Assembly: GCA_030141605.1 (NCBI GenBank)
Contig: JAQGDQ010001232.1
Span: 1 to 53,500 of the forward strand
Direction of reading: 5' to 3'
DNA length: 53,500 nucleotides
From: Tubiluchus corallicola
Taxonomy: Eukaryota; Animalia; Priapulida
The position numbers and the translations under genes are program-made. Below the pieces are notes generated by a model. That model was given only the letters and a program-made list of their open reading frames with translations, had not been told where the DNA came from and searched no databases. Shown here in pieces: positions 1 to 13,625 of the stretch (position 1 is the first letter of the stretch; each line of letters begins with the position of its first letter).

Positions 1-2535
1 TCAAATACTTGTCCTACATCTTGTACATAACTCAAATACTTGCCCTACATCTTGTACATAACTCAAATACTTGCCCTACGTCTTGTATATAACTCAAATA
101 CTTGCCCTACGTCTTGTACATAACTCAAATACTTGCTCTACATCTTGTACATAACTCAAATACTTGTCCTACATCCTGTACATAACTCAAATACTTGTCC
201 TACATCTTGTACATGCTTGTACATGACTCAAATACTTGTCCTACATCTTGCACATAACTCAAATACTTGTCCTACATCTTGTACATAACTCAAAAACTTG
301 CCCTACGTCTTGTACATAACTCAAATACTTGTCCTACATCTTGTGCATAACTCAAACACGTGTTCTACATCTTGTACATAACTCAAAAACTTGCCCTACG
401 TCTTGTACATAACTCAAAAACTTGCCCTACGTCTTGTACATAACTCAAATACTTGTCCTACATCTTGTACGTAACTCAAACACTTGCCCTACATCTTGTA
501 CATAACTCAAACACTTGCTCTACATCCTGTACATAACTCAAATACTTGTTCTACATCTTGTACATAACTCAAATACTTGTTCTACATCTTGTACATAACT
601 CAAATACTTGTTCTACATCCTGTACATAACTCAAATACTTGCCCTACGTCTTGTACATAACTCAAATACTTGCCCTACGTCTTGTACATAACTCAAATAC
701 TTGCCCTACATCTTGTACATAACTCAAACACTTGCCCTACATCTTGTACATAACTCAAATACTTGTTCTACATCCTGTACATAACTAAAATACCTGCTCT
801 ACATCTTGTACATAACTCAAATACTTGTTCTACATCTTGTACATAACTCAAATACTTGCCCTACATCTTGTACATAACTCAAATACTTCCTCTACATGTT
901 GTACATAACTCAAATACTTGTCCTACATCTTGTACATAACTCAAATACTTGCCCTACATCTTGTACATAACTCAAATACTTGCTCTACATCTTGTACATA
1001 ACTCAAACACTCGCTCTACATCTTGTACATAACTCAAATACTTTCCCTACATCTTGTACATAACTCAAATACTTGTCCTACATCTTGTACATAACTCAAA
1101 TACTTGTCCTACATCTTGCACATAACTCAAATACTTGCTCTACATCTTGTACATAACTCAAACACTTGCTCTACATCTTGTACATAACTCAAATACTTGT
1201 CCTACATCTTGTACATAACTCAAATACTTGCCCTACATCTTGTACATAACTCAAATACTTGCCCTACGTCTTGTATATAACTCAAATACTTGCCCTACGT
1301 CTTGTACATAACTCAAATACTTGCTCTACATCTTGTACATAACTCAAATACTTGTCCTACATCCTGTACATAACTCAAATACTTGTCCTACATCTTGTAC
1401 ATGCTTGTACATGACTCAAATACTTGCCCTACGTCTTGTACATAACTCAAATACTTGCTCTACATCTTGTACATAACTCAAATACTTGTCCTACATCCTG
1501 TACATAACTCAAATACTTGTCCTACATCTTGTACATGCTTGTACATGACTCAAATACTTGTCCTACATCTTGCACATAACTCAAATACTTGTCCTACATC
1601 TTGTACATAACTCAAATACTTGTCCTACATCTTGTACATAACTCAAATACTTGTCCTACATCTTGTACATGGTTCTACATAACTCAAATACTTGCCCTAC
1701 GTCTTGTACATAACTCAAATAAACTTGCCCTACATCTTGTATAACTCAAATACTTGCCCTACATCTTGTACATAACTCAAATACTTGCCCTACATCTTGT
1801 ACATAACTCAAATACTTGTTCTACATCCTGTACATAACTCAAATACTTGCCCTACGTCTTGTACATAACTCAAATACTTGCTCTACGTCTTGTACATAAC
1901 TCAAATACTTGCCCTACATCTTGTACATAACTCAAACACTTCCTCTACATCTTGTACATAACTCAAACACTTGCTCTACATCCTGTACATAACTCAAATA
2001 CTTGTTCTACATCTTGTACATAACTCAAATACTTGCCCTACGTCTTGTACATAACTCAAATACTTGCCCTACATCTTGTACATAACTCAAACACTTGCTC
2101 TACATCTTGTACATAACTCAAATACTTGCTCTACATCTTGTACATAACTCAAATACTTGTTCTACATCTTGTACATAACTCAAATACTTGCTCTACATCT
2201 TGTACATAACTCAAACACTTGCTCTACATCTTGTACATAACTCAAACACTTGCTCTACATCTTGTACATAACTCAAATACTTGCTCTACATCTTGTACAT
2301 AACTCAAATACTTGCTCTACATCTTGTACATAACTCAAATACTTGTTCTACATCTTGTACATAACTCAAATACTTGCTCTACATCTTGTACATAACTCAA
2401 ACACTTGCTCTACATCTTGTACATAACTCAAACACTTGCTCTACATCTTGTACATAACTCAAACACTTGCTCTACATCTTGTACATAACTCAAACACTTG
2501 TTCTGCATCTTGTACATAACTCAAATACTTGTATT
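1..2535. repeat. 31-bp tandem satellite (consensus ~CATAACTCAAATACTTGCCCTACATCTTGTA), ~80 copies, runs off window start
   Basis: Directly visible 31-nt periodicity, with variation mostly in the TTG(C/T)(C/T)CTAC positions. Confidence 0.97.
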
Positions 2536-3219
2536 CAAATCTTTGTATACTCTGAATATCTTTTATATATATATGTGTGTGTGTGTGTTTGTTTTATACA
2601 TGGAATAGGAAGCAATGTATGAATAACTCTGGTTACATTCTGTTGATTCGTCATCGATGACTTGCACAATATATGGGGCGGAAGTGATGCCTGTCTTTCC
2701 AAAAAGGGGAAAAAATAATAAATGAACGTCTCAAATAAAAAGATCTTTAAAGCATAACAATTTTCATTTCTAACAATTGTTCATTCGACGATGTTGCTGT
2801 TTTCATCGTCGTCGCCGCGGCTTCGTTGTCGCAGACGCCGTTTCCGTTTCGACGCGCCCGTCTCTGGAAATGATCGCGGTGACTTACTTAGCTATACAAA
2901 CATGCTAATTGTGTGACTGTGACTCCCAAACCCTCCACGTTGTTTCAGTTAAAAGCTAATGTGCGCACTGGCTTCTAAAAGAGAACATAAAGAGCCGCTA
3001 CGATGGCTGTGGAACGAAGCCAGTTATAATAAGCTTCGCTTGCTGAAGCCATGTTCTTCCAAAGTGACTGCTTCCTCTAAACGGTTAGCTAATAATCAAG
3101 GTATTATGTGTAATTATAGAAAGTTCTTTATGGCCGTGTTGTAAAACACTCCGTCAAAATTATCAACCGATCATCCCTTTTGCTTCAGATTCTGGCTTCT
3201 TCAGAGCTAAACTAATGAG

Positions 3220-3510
3220 TTAAAACGCAAGAAAACACTCTTCATAAATAAAGCATACAAATTGCCCTTGAAATTTTGTATCACTTACATGCTGTCTTAT
3301 TGCATTTAGAGCTTGCGTTAGCAGTAGTGCTGTATAAAACTTGAAAATTTAAACTTCCGCGATGACCGCTGGGTGCAGCCATTTTAACGGTAAGTCGTTT
3401 GAAACAAGTTTAGATAACATAGTGTAAAGTTTGAAAAAACAGTCAGAGCAATTGTAGCACACTCATCACTAGTAAAAGTATGAATTACTTTATATTGTCA
3501 GTAAGATTAA
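3220..3510. mobile_element. Fragment of TTAA-type (Kolobok-like) MITE family K3
   Basis: TTAAAACGCAAGAAAAC start; homologous to 5539-5825, 8633-8920, 9480-9605 and, reversed, 4730-5190 and 11197-11704. Confidence 0.7.
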
Positions 3511-4261
3511 TAACGTCAATGTTGCACACTGGGAAGGTGAGCCAAGAAGGAAGTCGGGAAGGATTTCAAAATGCCAATTATGTCTCAAAAAATTTTTTGA
3601 TTTTGCTTCAGAAGCTTTGGCCCCTCACGGACTTCATCAGCTGCACAAAGAGATACAATATTAAAATCACAATATTATCAAATATATATCAACACTAAAA
3701 TAAGATAGACAACATTAAATATGCGGTGTTAAAAAGCTAAATTAGAAAAAACATTAAAACTCATGAGCAAAATGACAAATAAACCGACAAGCCTATCTGA
3801 AATCAAATAGATCTAGCTGTACTTCTTGATTTCATGGATATTTGTCACTTTAATTTCAATTCTGCTTTTCTTAATTAATAACTTTAATGTGTTTTTCCTA
3901 GTTCGGCTGCTTAATACAGTTTTTTTATAAATTTTGCATCTTTTATTTCGATGACGTTGTACACCTTTGTCTTGTATTAGCTTTACCTGTAATATTATTA
4001 CCTGTGATATTATGTAAATAACATCAATTATTGTTTATTGTTGTTGTCAGTACTTATTTTTACTTTTGCTACTAGTCAACTAATTTCTTTTAATTGAACC
4101 ACTTATGTAACTTAATTGTACACGTGCGTTTGAAAACAAATTATATTAATAATTATTTGTATCTCTGTGTACAACTAACGAAGTTCGTGAGTGGCCAACC
4201 ATTTCTCAAGAAAAAAGAGGGATCTTTTGAGACTAATGGAGCATCTTGACTTCTTTTGCTT

Positions 4262-4507
4262 AATGTAATAATAATTAATAATTTCGTTTAGGACATAGTC
4301 CAGGGATAACACCTTAAGTACCTCAATACTTATTTCCAAGGTGGTCGCGATTAGTATTGCCCGCACCGTTACTTCGATAAACCCGCGTGCTTGGTCAAAG
4401 AACCAGCGGTATCATTTTTTATGTCTTTGGTTTGACTCGGTCCAAAGTTGAACCCACGACCTCCCTGGTGGTAAGCGAGCACGCTACCATTGAGCTACGC
4501 CACCCTG
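4262..4507 (-). mobile_element. tRNA-derived SINE with Meta-like core
   Basis: Minus strand GGTGGCGTAGCTCAATGGTAGC (A box) ... GGTTCAACT (B box), then CCGAGTCAAACCAAAGACATAAAAAATGATACC, resembling the MetaSINE core; AT-rich tail. Confidence 0.7.
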
Positions 4508-4532
4508 TACAGCAGCTAGTAAGTTGCGTTAA

Positions 4533-4720
4533 AGGACAAAAAAGGTACCCGAAGTAGGTCTAAGAAAAATCGCGGTAAAAATTATATTACTTTACAGCAA
4601 TTTTATGCGTTTATCGCACGCGCATTGAAAGGATTTTAAATCTCCCGCAATGCTGTTCCGACGGAGCCATCACAAGACGTCATACACGCACAACGTAAAT
4701 CAGGTGAAGAAAAGGACATG
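4533..4720. mobile_element. TTAA-type MITE family K4 end fragment
   Basis: TTAA|AGGACAAAAAAGGTACCCGAAGTAGG; reverse-oriented homolog at ~22580-22835. Confidence 0.65.
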
Positions 4721-4729
4721 TCAACCTTT

Positions 4730-5190
4730 CCTCAAAATGAACCTTGTCTCAAATAACTTTCCACGCTAAGTTGTATTTCTTGGCATTTCGCTCACCTGCT
4801 TGAAGGGCTTATGAAACTAGAAAAGGAAATTATTAATTACTTAAAATGTCACTGACTCACCTCCAGGGTGCACCACTCACTAAACAAAACCGCATTTTTA
4901 ATCTTATTGACAAGATACAGTGATTCAAAATTTTACTTAGTTAGTGACGTGTGCGAAACGAATGCTCTGATTATTTTTTCAAACTTTACTCAATGTTATC
5001 TAAACTTGTTTCAAATGACTTATCGTTAAAATGGCTGTATCTAACGGTCGTTTCACGAGTTTAAATTTACAAGTTTTATACAGCATTACTGCCGACAAGC
5101 CCTGTATGCAAAAAGGCAGTACGTAGGTGATATGAAATTTCAAGACGAATTTTTTAAGCTTTAGGTAAATGAAGGGTTTTCTTGTACTTT
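4730..5190. mobile_element. MITE family K3 copy (reverse orientation)
   Basis: Aligns along its length with 11220-11704; ends CTTGTACT|TTAA. Confidence 0.65.
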
Positions 5191-5538
5191 AATATAGGTA
5201 CATTAAATGCAAAATCTGATTCTCCATTAGAGTTTCGTAATGATATATAATATCAAACTTGAAAATTTCAAAACTCAATCTCGAAAAGCTAGTTATTTGC
5301 ACACCAAGAACATGGCAGTAATGAAATTTTTGCGCTCATAAAATGCAATTTTAAATTCAGTAGATTCTGCTAAATTACGTTGTAAATTCACATTATTTCC
5401 TCACGTAATAATAGCAAAACTCTCAAGCGGCTGTAATCGCGCGTTTGTCAAATAGATTCGCCATTCCTCGGTCGACGAATAACTAATTTATTTAAACCAA
5501 CAGCTTTAAACGCTAAAAAGCGTATCTTTCATGAACAA

Positions 5539-5825
5539 TTAAAGCACAAGAAAACGCACTAAATAAAGTTTAACAAAATTCGTCTTGAATGGTGCATCAC
5601 CTACATGCTGTCTTATTACATGCAGAGCTTGCGTTAGCAGCAACGCTGCATAAAACGCGAAAATTTAAAGTACCGTTAGAAACGTTAGGCGCAACCATTT
5701 TGACGGCAAGTCATTTGAAAGAAGTTTAAACAATGCTGCATAAAATTTGAAAAATATAATCAGAGCACTCGCAGCACTCTCTTTGCCAACTATGCAAAAG
5801 TTAAAGTACTTTATATTGTAAATAA
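5539..5825. mobile_element. MITE family K3 fragment
   Basis: TTAAAGCACAAGAAAAC start; homologous to the 3220 and 8633 copies. Confidence 0.7.
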
Positions 5826-6497
5826 GATAAAGAATAAGTTTATTTTTATCATTAAGTTTGAACATTAAGGGAACAATAATGAAACTTTCTAAGAATATGA
5901 TTCGCTCTAGCATAAAAAAGACTCCGTTGCCTGATAAGATCCATAACTGTGTTCTTGCATAACAAAATAAGTCGACAATTAAGCTTTTCTAGATATTCAA
6001 ATATCCTGAATCTCCATTTCATGAGGATCATTTTGATACCAAGCTCATTGCTCTATGTTATTTCTAAGTTGAGATAATCCACGTTGAAGTTGATGTGCAG
6101 GCTGCGCACTGAAAAACATAATCTTGAGAAAATCACTGTTAAAGTCAGCCATTGTATTTTGTCGCGTTTCTATAAAACACTTAGCAAACGCATAAATATT
6201 GGTTGCTATGAACCTTGCAAGAACACATTGAAATTATGTTTAAATCCAGTAAATGGCTGTTCCTGACAAAGATCTGGTCTTGGCCGAAGCAAAATGGCTG
6301 CTTCCACGAGCTACTACCGGAGTTTGAAAATACAAGTTTTTTTTACAATTGCATTACTACTTTCTAGCCAGAAAAGTGGGTTTGGGGTTATAAATTTAAT
6401 TTTTTAGCATTTTTAACATTTTCTTGGTAATTTCGTACTAGAATATAAATGTCAAATACGTTTAGCATTTATTTCTATAAAAAAATAACAATTGAGG

Positions 6498-7100
6498 CTA
6501 TAAACTGTATGCACATTTTCTGTGAATCACATCAAAATAAATAAGATTAAGTCTAGTAGAAATATATCTGGCGCTCGTCACAAATGAAAAGTTAAACAGC
6601 TTCCGTGCTAATACAATGATACGCAACCTTGAGTTTGCTAAGATTGTAAGAATAAAAATGTCTCCAAGCGGACATACAATAAAAACTAGTGCAGTAAGTA
6701 TTAAACAATTCAGTAAACCAGCGTTAACTGAACAGTGAGTAAATTTCATAAGTAATTTATTTGCTCTGCCATGGTAAATTGAACATTGTCGTAATATATC
6801 TAAATCATCTCTATTGTCTTCCGATAAAATATGACCCTGATATTTTTCTCTCTTACTAGGTACAAAACTTTTACACTGCAAAACAACAGACCCAAAAGTA
6901 AACTGCTGCATTTGCGCAGAGCGAAACGTGACAAGTTTAGTCTTATTCACATTTACAAGAATGTCATATTTTTTAGCAAATTTATTAAACATGTCTAGCG
7001 GTCTCTGCAAAGCTGACGAGGTTGTTGTTAAACGACATACGTCATCAGCGTACATCAAGTGATTAACGCAGGCTTTAGTCATACGACAACCCACACCCTG
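6498..7100 (-). pseudogene. Decayed non-LTR retrotransposon ORF2 fragment (RT C-terminal part, RTE-X-like)
   Basis: NHLMYADD catalytic motif, NVNKTKLV, KYQGHIL, DDLDILRQ...GRANKLLMKFTHCS; after a frameshift ELFNTYCTSFY...LKVAY; 5'-truncated. Confidence 0.88.
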
Positions 7101-7574
7101 ATCCCATGTAGTATGTTCAGTCTGGAGACTCCTACCTTATTATAGACTCTTGTTGGACCTAAATCACCAATTTAAGGGGAATAAAAAACAACAATTATAA
7201 GGAAATGATATATATTGACGTATTTCCGCCATGTTTGTTATCCCAGTGTGACTGCACGGATGTCAGTCATTGAGCGGAGGTTTTATGGCGTTATCAAACT
7301 TGTAATGGACATGATTCTTCATGGAATACGTAATTATCCTCACATGATTGCATTACTGACATAATGCTCAACCCCAATATCACATTACATTGATAGGCAG
7401 ACCAGAGATAAGTTAGAGCAAATCGAGCATTTTGCGGTTGGGAGTTTTTGTCCAATATAATAAGCATGGCGCACTCACGCGGCAAAATTCTAGTCTCTGC
7501 AACAATATTCACCGGTTGTACGCTCAGCTTACTAACTGCCAAACACTTCCTCGTGGGTCGAATGTTTTTTACAC

Positions 7575-7785
7575 TTAATAGTAAACCGGACACAGTCTCA
7601 AACGACAGCTCAAAACGATCAACCCAGCAAAATATTCAATGGGAGCAAACCATTTTTTCAAGAATGACTTAGTGAAAGAATTTTTACCACACAAACACTA
7701 TTTCACGTTCACGCCACTAGTTCTTCACTGTTACATGCATTTCGCCATTCGCTAGTTAGATGGACACAAGCGCGGGAGTTTAACT
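7575..7785 (+). mobile_element. Diverged 5' fragment of MITE family K1
   Basis: Homologous to 10577-10770 (AATGACTTA.GTGAAAGAATT...CATTCGCTAGTTAGA). Confidence 0.65.
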
Positions 7786-8327
7786 TGTTGTCGATAAGCC
7801 TTATACATGTGAGTTGTGTTAGATCTGCAAAACAGATAGTTAATCCTGTTAAGGTTCCTGAAAATTTATTTGCGATACTGGGAAGCCATGTAGGCAGTAA
7901 ATTATGAGGATTAAGTTGATGGTGCAACATTTCAGTGATTGTATATTGACCATCAATCGTTAACGAATAGATTTATAGCCACAGAAATTCAATTATTAAG
8001 AGGCTGCGGGCAAAAAAGACATAGAAATTCAATTTCATTGGAAATAGTGAACGAATTTCTTACAAATAATGTACAAAATCATCGCAGATTTATTGAAATT
8101 ATTAAGTTTCTAATTTTTTGTAAATAAATAAAGGCTTTATTTCATAAACATAAACACAAGTACAAGTAACAAATCACACACTTAAATAAACAACGCATAC
8201 AGGAACACGTCCCTACAAATACAAGGGCTCTTTTTAAGCGAAGTTGATTAAAAAATACCACAATTTATAACTAACACATCTACATATATATCACAGTGCT
8301 GATTGAATACATTAATTTTTACGAAAA

Positions 8328-8525
8328 TTAATTCGTACCTCTTAATTTAGAGTCGCGTTTTGTTGAAATTTTATAGACATAGTTAATCAACAATTTCATA
8401 GCTTCCACATCTCCACTTTTGTTTAAAACTATAAACTTATCAATATCACACATGGGTGAGAATTCTGGAAAAATATCTGATATTTGATTTAAGAACGCAC
8501 TCAACAGTTTTTTATAACTGCTCAT
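8328..8525 (-). pseudogene. 3'-terminal relic of a LINE ORF2
   Basis: YKKLLSAFLNQISDIFPEFSPMCDIDKFIVLNKSGDVEAMKLLINYV aligns with the post-zinc-knuckle region at 19270-19420. Confidence 0.65.
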
Positions 8526-8632
8526 GATGCTGCAGCCGGGTTGTTAAAATCATGGCAAACGTGAGGCAGGATTGATACCTAATCCAGATAATTGTAAGAT
8601 GAAGCGCTTAAAGATTATAAAATTTCATATTA

Positions 8633-8922
8633 TTAAAGCACAAGAAATCATTCTTCATAAGTGGAGCTTAAAAATTCGTTTTAAAATTTTGCATCACTTA
8701 CATGCCGTCTTATTGCATATAGAACTTGCGTTAGCATCAGTGCTGCACAAAACTTGTAAATTTGAACTCCTGCGATGACAATTAGGCGCAGCCACTTTTA
8801 CGGCAGGTTGTTTTAAAGAATTTTAGATAACATGGAATAAATTCTGAAAAATAATCAGAGCATTCGTAGTGCACTCTTCATTAAATGAGCAACAGTTTAA
8901 ATTACTTTATATTGTCTGTAAG
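8633..8922. mobile_element. MITE family K3 copy, interrupted by a hAT-like MITE
   Basis: TTAAAGCACAAGAAATC start; K3-like sequence resumes after 9448. Confidence 0.7.
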
Positions 8923-9440
8923 CAGGGCTTATTTCAGCCTAAGCAAGGTTCGGGGAAGTGGGGCGTGTGAGCCCCCTTCTGGGCGAAGTGCCGGGGGCGG
9001 GCGCCACCATGGTTGGCGCCCAGAAAATTTTTGAACTGCTAGAACGCTGGAGAAGCATTTTCGAAGAGAAAATATGGAGTTATACAGTTGTAAAAGGAAA
9101 GAACAATTGAAAGAAAAACTGCTTTATTCTCAAGACCAGTCCTTGATACTTGTCAAATAGGCAAATCAAAAACAACATCTTTGCGATATGTAATGCCGTA
9201 CTCTCACTTCCATACAAGCCGGTGTTAGAAATTCCAAAATTGAAAACAGCTGAACATCGGCACCGAGCCGCACAAGGCAAACGGCGCGCGCGCGGCAAGA
9301 GAGAGAGAGAGAGGGAGAGAGGAGGCAGTGTTCGCATAAAGCAAAAATAATGTTACCTCGGCGCGAGGCCCCCCTGGAGGTCGAGGCCCCAGGGGAAGTA
9401 TCCCCACTTCCCCCCCCCCCCCCCCCCGAAATAGAGCCTG
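8923..9440. mobile_element. hAT-like MITE
   Basis: Imperfect TIRs CAGGGCTTATTTC / GAAATAGAGCCTG; 8-bp TSD TCTGTAAG / TGTGTAAG (7/8). Confidence 0.75.
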
Positions 9441-10576
9441 TGTGTAAGATCAATATTGTGTTTCTGGTGAGACAGTGACGTTTTATCGGTAAATCGTTTG
9501 AAACCAGCTTAGGTAATATTACTTAAAGTTTAGAAAAGCAATCAAAGCATTCATAGCGCACTCTTCGGTAACTAAGCAAGCGTTTAAATTAATTTATATT
9601 GTCAATATAAATGCCGGTATTTAAATGTCAATTTAAATGTCAGTATAGATACAGTGCCGTTTTACTAGTTTGCACGAATATTTTATATGACTAAAAATGT
9701 TCTCTTCCAATTACAAAAGTCTTTCAAATAGCTAAGTACCATGCAAATTAGTATAACTTTGTATAGAACGTTTTTTGGTGTGCGTTTAAAAATGGCCTTT
9801 TCTCCTTTTTTAAGATTGAACAGTAATAAATAGAGCCGAAGTTCGATTACTCATGAATTGTCGTAACACGCCTTGTGCTAAGTGAAAGCCCGGGAGAGGA
9901 TGTAACTCACTCCATCATAGTAGATATAATAATTGCTGTCACCACATTGCAGCCCCAAGGGAGTTTCACTTGTTAGTGAAATGAGGTAGTATTACCACTT
10001 GCAACGCTATAACGTATTCAGTTTTAAAGCGCCCGTTCATATTTTAAGAATCAGTAAACGTCATGGCTGTGAGAATAGCTTAATGGCTGCACATTGTACT
10101 CAGTTACCAAGTTAAGTAAAGACAGGCCTGGCAAGTAAATTAATGGGCGACCACCGGCAAAATTGGGAAATTGGCGCTTTGGTGTTTCTCTTGTCAAGGA
10201 ATGATGCAAATTTTTAATAAAGGTTTAGCACATATACCAGAATAGCAGCACCGCCACCATCTTGTGTTGATTGTTGTAACAAGACCAGTATCTAGTTCTT
10301 TATACAGCATTATAATCTAAAATGAAACACTGAACCTGGAAACGTTGATTAGATGTATATCCTCCTACAAGTCGTCCAGTAACTAACTAACCAGACTTAA
10401 TGTTATTTAACTTCTAACGCAAAGCATCAACTATGATCACGCAGTTATTGTTTTCAATCTCTCATCGCAGACAAATGATCTTCATAGATAGCTAAATACT
10501 ATTCTGTGAAAACTATGACCATTAGTAGTTATCAGCTAGGCAACCTGACAAGATTCAAGCTTATTGATATCATTAA

Positions 10577-11186
10577 AGCAAAACCGGTCCCAATCTTAAA
10601 CTGCAAGCTACTCTTTCAAATGTTGAAAGGAAACATACTATTTTTTTCAAAAATGACTTACGTGAAAGAATTATTACGACACAAGGACAATTTCACGTAA
10701 ACGCTAATAGCTCTTCGCTGTTACATTCATTTCACCATTCGCTAGTTAGACGGGCACTAGCGCCTGCATTTCGGAAACGCATTGCACAAGAAACAAGTGC
10801 TATACCTCTCAGTTCGGATTTGTTAGCTTGTGACGAACTACACACGTTCGACAGCTCATGCGTGAACACAGCGGTAAATTTGAAATTTGAATGTTTATCC
10901 TAAAACTTGCCTAGTTTTAGTACAGCACACTGAATATGCTACCGTAGCACTGTACTTCAATTTTCGCTTTTGCAAACACGTGCAACACGCTCGTGGAATG
11001 TTCTTGTTGTTGAAAATTGTGTTAGTTTGTGATGTAATCAATAATTGGGCTCGTCCGCCGTTATTAAAGTTTTTAATCTATTATTTAATTATCAGAATCG
11101 CTTTTGCAATATTAATTGTGTTAAAATGTATACTTTCTATCAGACTTGAAAATGGAGTAGTATATGAAAAATCATCCTGTCTTCCT
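10577..11186 (+). mobile_element. Complete Kolobok-like MITE, family K1
   Basis: TTAA on both sides; ends AGCAAAACCGG...CCTGTCTTCCT; near-full-length homolog at 40190-40797. Confidence 0.8.
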
Positions 11187-11196
11187 TTAACATTAA

Positions 11197-11704
11197 AGGG
11201 GAAGAAACTGGAATTTTAAAATTGATCTCAAAACATTTTCCAAACAAAGTTGTATCACTTAGCATTGCCCTTACCTGCTTGAAACACTAATGTAACAAGA
11301 AAAGAACATTCTTAGTAATTTGAAATGTTCGCAGCAACTGGTTAAACGTCACTGGCTCACTATCCCAGTATGCTCCAAAAAACGTCACTGGCTCACCAAA
11401 GGCATATTATTAATCTTTTTGACAAGATAATGAATTTATACATTTGCTTTTTAGGTAAAGTGACCTTTGCTTTGAGTATTTTTTAAATCTTTATATAGTG
11501 CTATTTAAATTTGCTTCAATTTCTTACTCAAAAACTGTCTTTCAAAATGGCTGCATCTAACGGTCATGGCGGCAGTTTAAATTTATAAGTTTTATACAGC
11601 GTTACTGCTAACACAAGCTCTTTGTGCAGAAAGTCTGCATGTAAGTAGCGCAAAATACAAGACGACTTTCTCAACTTTTAATTAAAATTCTGTATATTTG
11701 TCCT
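11197..11704. mobile_element. Complete Kolobok-like MITE, family K3
   Basis: TTAA|AGGGGAAG...TTGTCCT|TTAA; homologous to 4730-5190. Confidence 0.7.
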
Positions 11705-11797
11705 TTAAACTAGCCTGTCTTTCTTTTATGCTGCAATGGTAGACACAGTTTTATAAAACCGAATTATAACTATAAGCAGTAATAATTTCTGTTTCAG

Positions 11798-11979
11798 TGC
11801 TTTGAACCGAACAACGCTGTCAGTCATCTTCCTCTTTGGCATTGTTTTCCTCTCATCAAGTGCGCATGCGTTGAACATTTACAAGCTGTACGGACATGGG
11901 CTGACCAAAAGATCTAGTACCATTGACGAGTTGTTGCGGATGTACGGTCACTCAGGTGAAGGAAAGAGAGCCAAAGCAG
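11798..11979 (+). CDS. Internal coding exon of prohormone-4 / IDLSRF-like neuropeptide precursor (signal peptide plus two YGH peptides)
   Basis: Acceptor TTTCTGTTTCAG|, donor CAG|GTATGA; hydrophobic LSVIFLFGIVFL with A-H-A cleavage site; LNIYKLYGHGLT-KR and SSTIDELLRMYGHSGE-GKR resemble honeybee IDLSRFYGHFNT-KR; ends in phase 1. Confidence 0.88.
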
Positions 11980-12555
11980 GTATGAGCATAGAAACATTAC
12001 AATCTTAGTCAGAAATTGACCACATTTGATTCCTTAAATCCTCGTACATTAGTCTGAGGTCGCTGAGAAAGCTTAGTTCAGTTCAAACATACATCCGTCC
12101 TTTGTAAATCTTAATTTCAGAAGAAATATAACTACGACAACGGTACTTTTGCGTTTCTTTTTCTGTTATATAATCATATACACATAATTTTTCTTACATT
12201 ATTACATTATACACAGTAAATAACTGTATATTATTATCATTTTATTTAATTCGTAACTAATTATTGTGATACTTATTCATCATCTTCATTTATTATTATT
12301 ATTTTTTTCACTTATGCTATTGTTGTTATGTTTGTTTTTATATTTTTCTTTTTGTTATTGATTTATTTTGATTATTTTATTTAAGTAATCAACAATAATT
12401 GCATCCAGTGTCATCAATTCTTATTTCTGCTATTACAATTTTAAATTATAAGGGGTGAGTGACTAGATGACCTACGGTCTTTCCTTGACCCATCTCCACG
12501 AGTAAAGTTATTTTTTTCGTAAAATGGAAATTTGTGACACATTTGGAGAAAATAA

Positions 12556-12630
12556 ATGTCTATGTCTATGTCTATGTCTATGTCTATGTCTATGTCTAAG
12601 TCTACGTCTACGTCTACGTCTATGTCTATG
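12556..12630. repeat. (ATGTCT)n/(ACGTCT)n hexanucleotide microsatellite
   Basis: Direct periodicity. Confidence 0.95.
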
Positions 12631-12690
12631 TGGCTAAGCTGGACAAAAGAATATCTGTTCTTATCTAAGGCCATGTTCTACAATTATTTA

Positions 12691-13002
12691 CGGCGCGTTC
12701 AGACTAGCGAGTTTTCTGTGGCGAGTTTTCTTTCCGACAGCAAACTCAGAAATGTGAACTGCTTCGCTAGTTAGATCGTTACTGTCTTGAAGTTACTGTA
12801 CACTCTCCGTGAGTTTCCGCGAGTTGAGTTACTGTCTAGTGTGAACACTTTGGCGAGTTAGTCTCGACACTTTTCACAGTGAATCGAGGTGAGAGTCAAC
12901 TCGGGCTTACTGTCAGAGAGTAACTCACAGCAAGTTTTGTTCTTTAGTCTGAACACGTTAGTGAGTTACTTGGCAACAAAGCTCGCTAGTGTGAGCGAGC
13001 TG
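12691..13002. mobile_element. PIF/Harbinger-like MITE
   Basis: TIR CGGCGCGTTCAGACTAGCGAG / CTCGCTAGTGTGAGCGAGCTG; TTA on both sides; internal TAGT(G/C)TGAAC subrepeats. Confidence 0.75.
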
Positions 13003-13625
13003 TTACGATTGATTCTATGCTGGACATGACACCACTTGTTATCGAAACATCCACATTTAGTTGTACAAGTTTTATCGAAAATTTTTATCTAATATTTTCT
13101 GTAATTAGTTATATAAACACATATTTACAAAATTTATAACTATTAACACAGCACTGTGTCCACACATGCAAAATGAGGTATTATCAACTTATGACAGTCA
13201 TATGCTAACATTATCAAATTAATTTGTCCAGCCTATTTAGTACTATGTGCAGTGCACATCTTAGAATTATTATTAAAGTAAAGGTTAGTATCGCTATTGA
13301 AGAAATAGCGTTACTAAAACAATCATTTTCACGGGATTCTCGTAGATTTTTGAAGTAGCGTAAACAAGCGTCTAGTCGATGATTTTACCAACTTTCCATG
13401 CATCAGTGATATCCCAACTAGCTGAAGCCAATGCGCATGCGCAGCTTGTACTAGTTGAATTAACGTCTCACTGATGTGGATTTATTTCAAAGACGCACAG
13501 AAGAGGAGATTCCAAAGAGACGATCCTAATTTGTGATCTCTAAATTGGAATCGCTGACCATTTGCAGTAAGAACAGTAGCAGAGTAGAACGCTAAATGCA
13601 TACAATATGCGATATTCCTGAATTC

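Noticed and set aside
11802-12008. Single-exon 68-aa ORF as given in the track
   Set aside because: Starts at TTG just after a strong acceptor and reads through a good donor at 11980; better modelled as an internal exon
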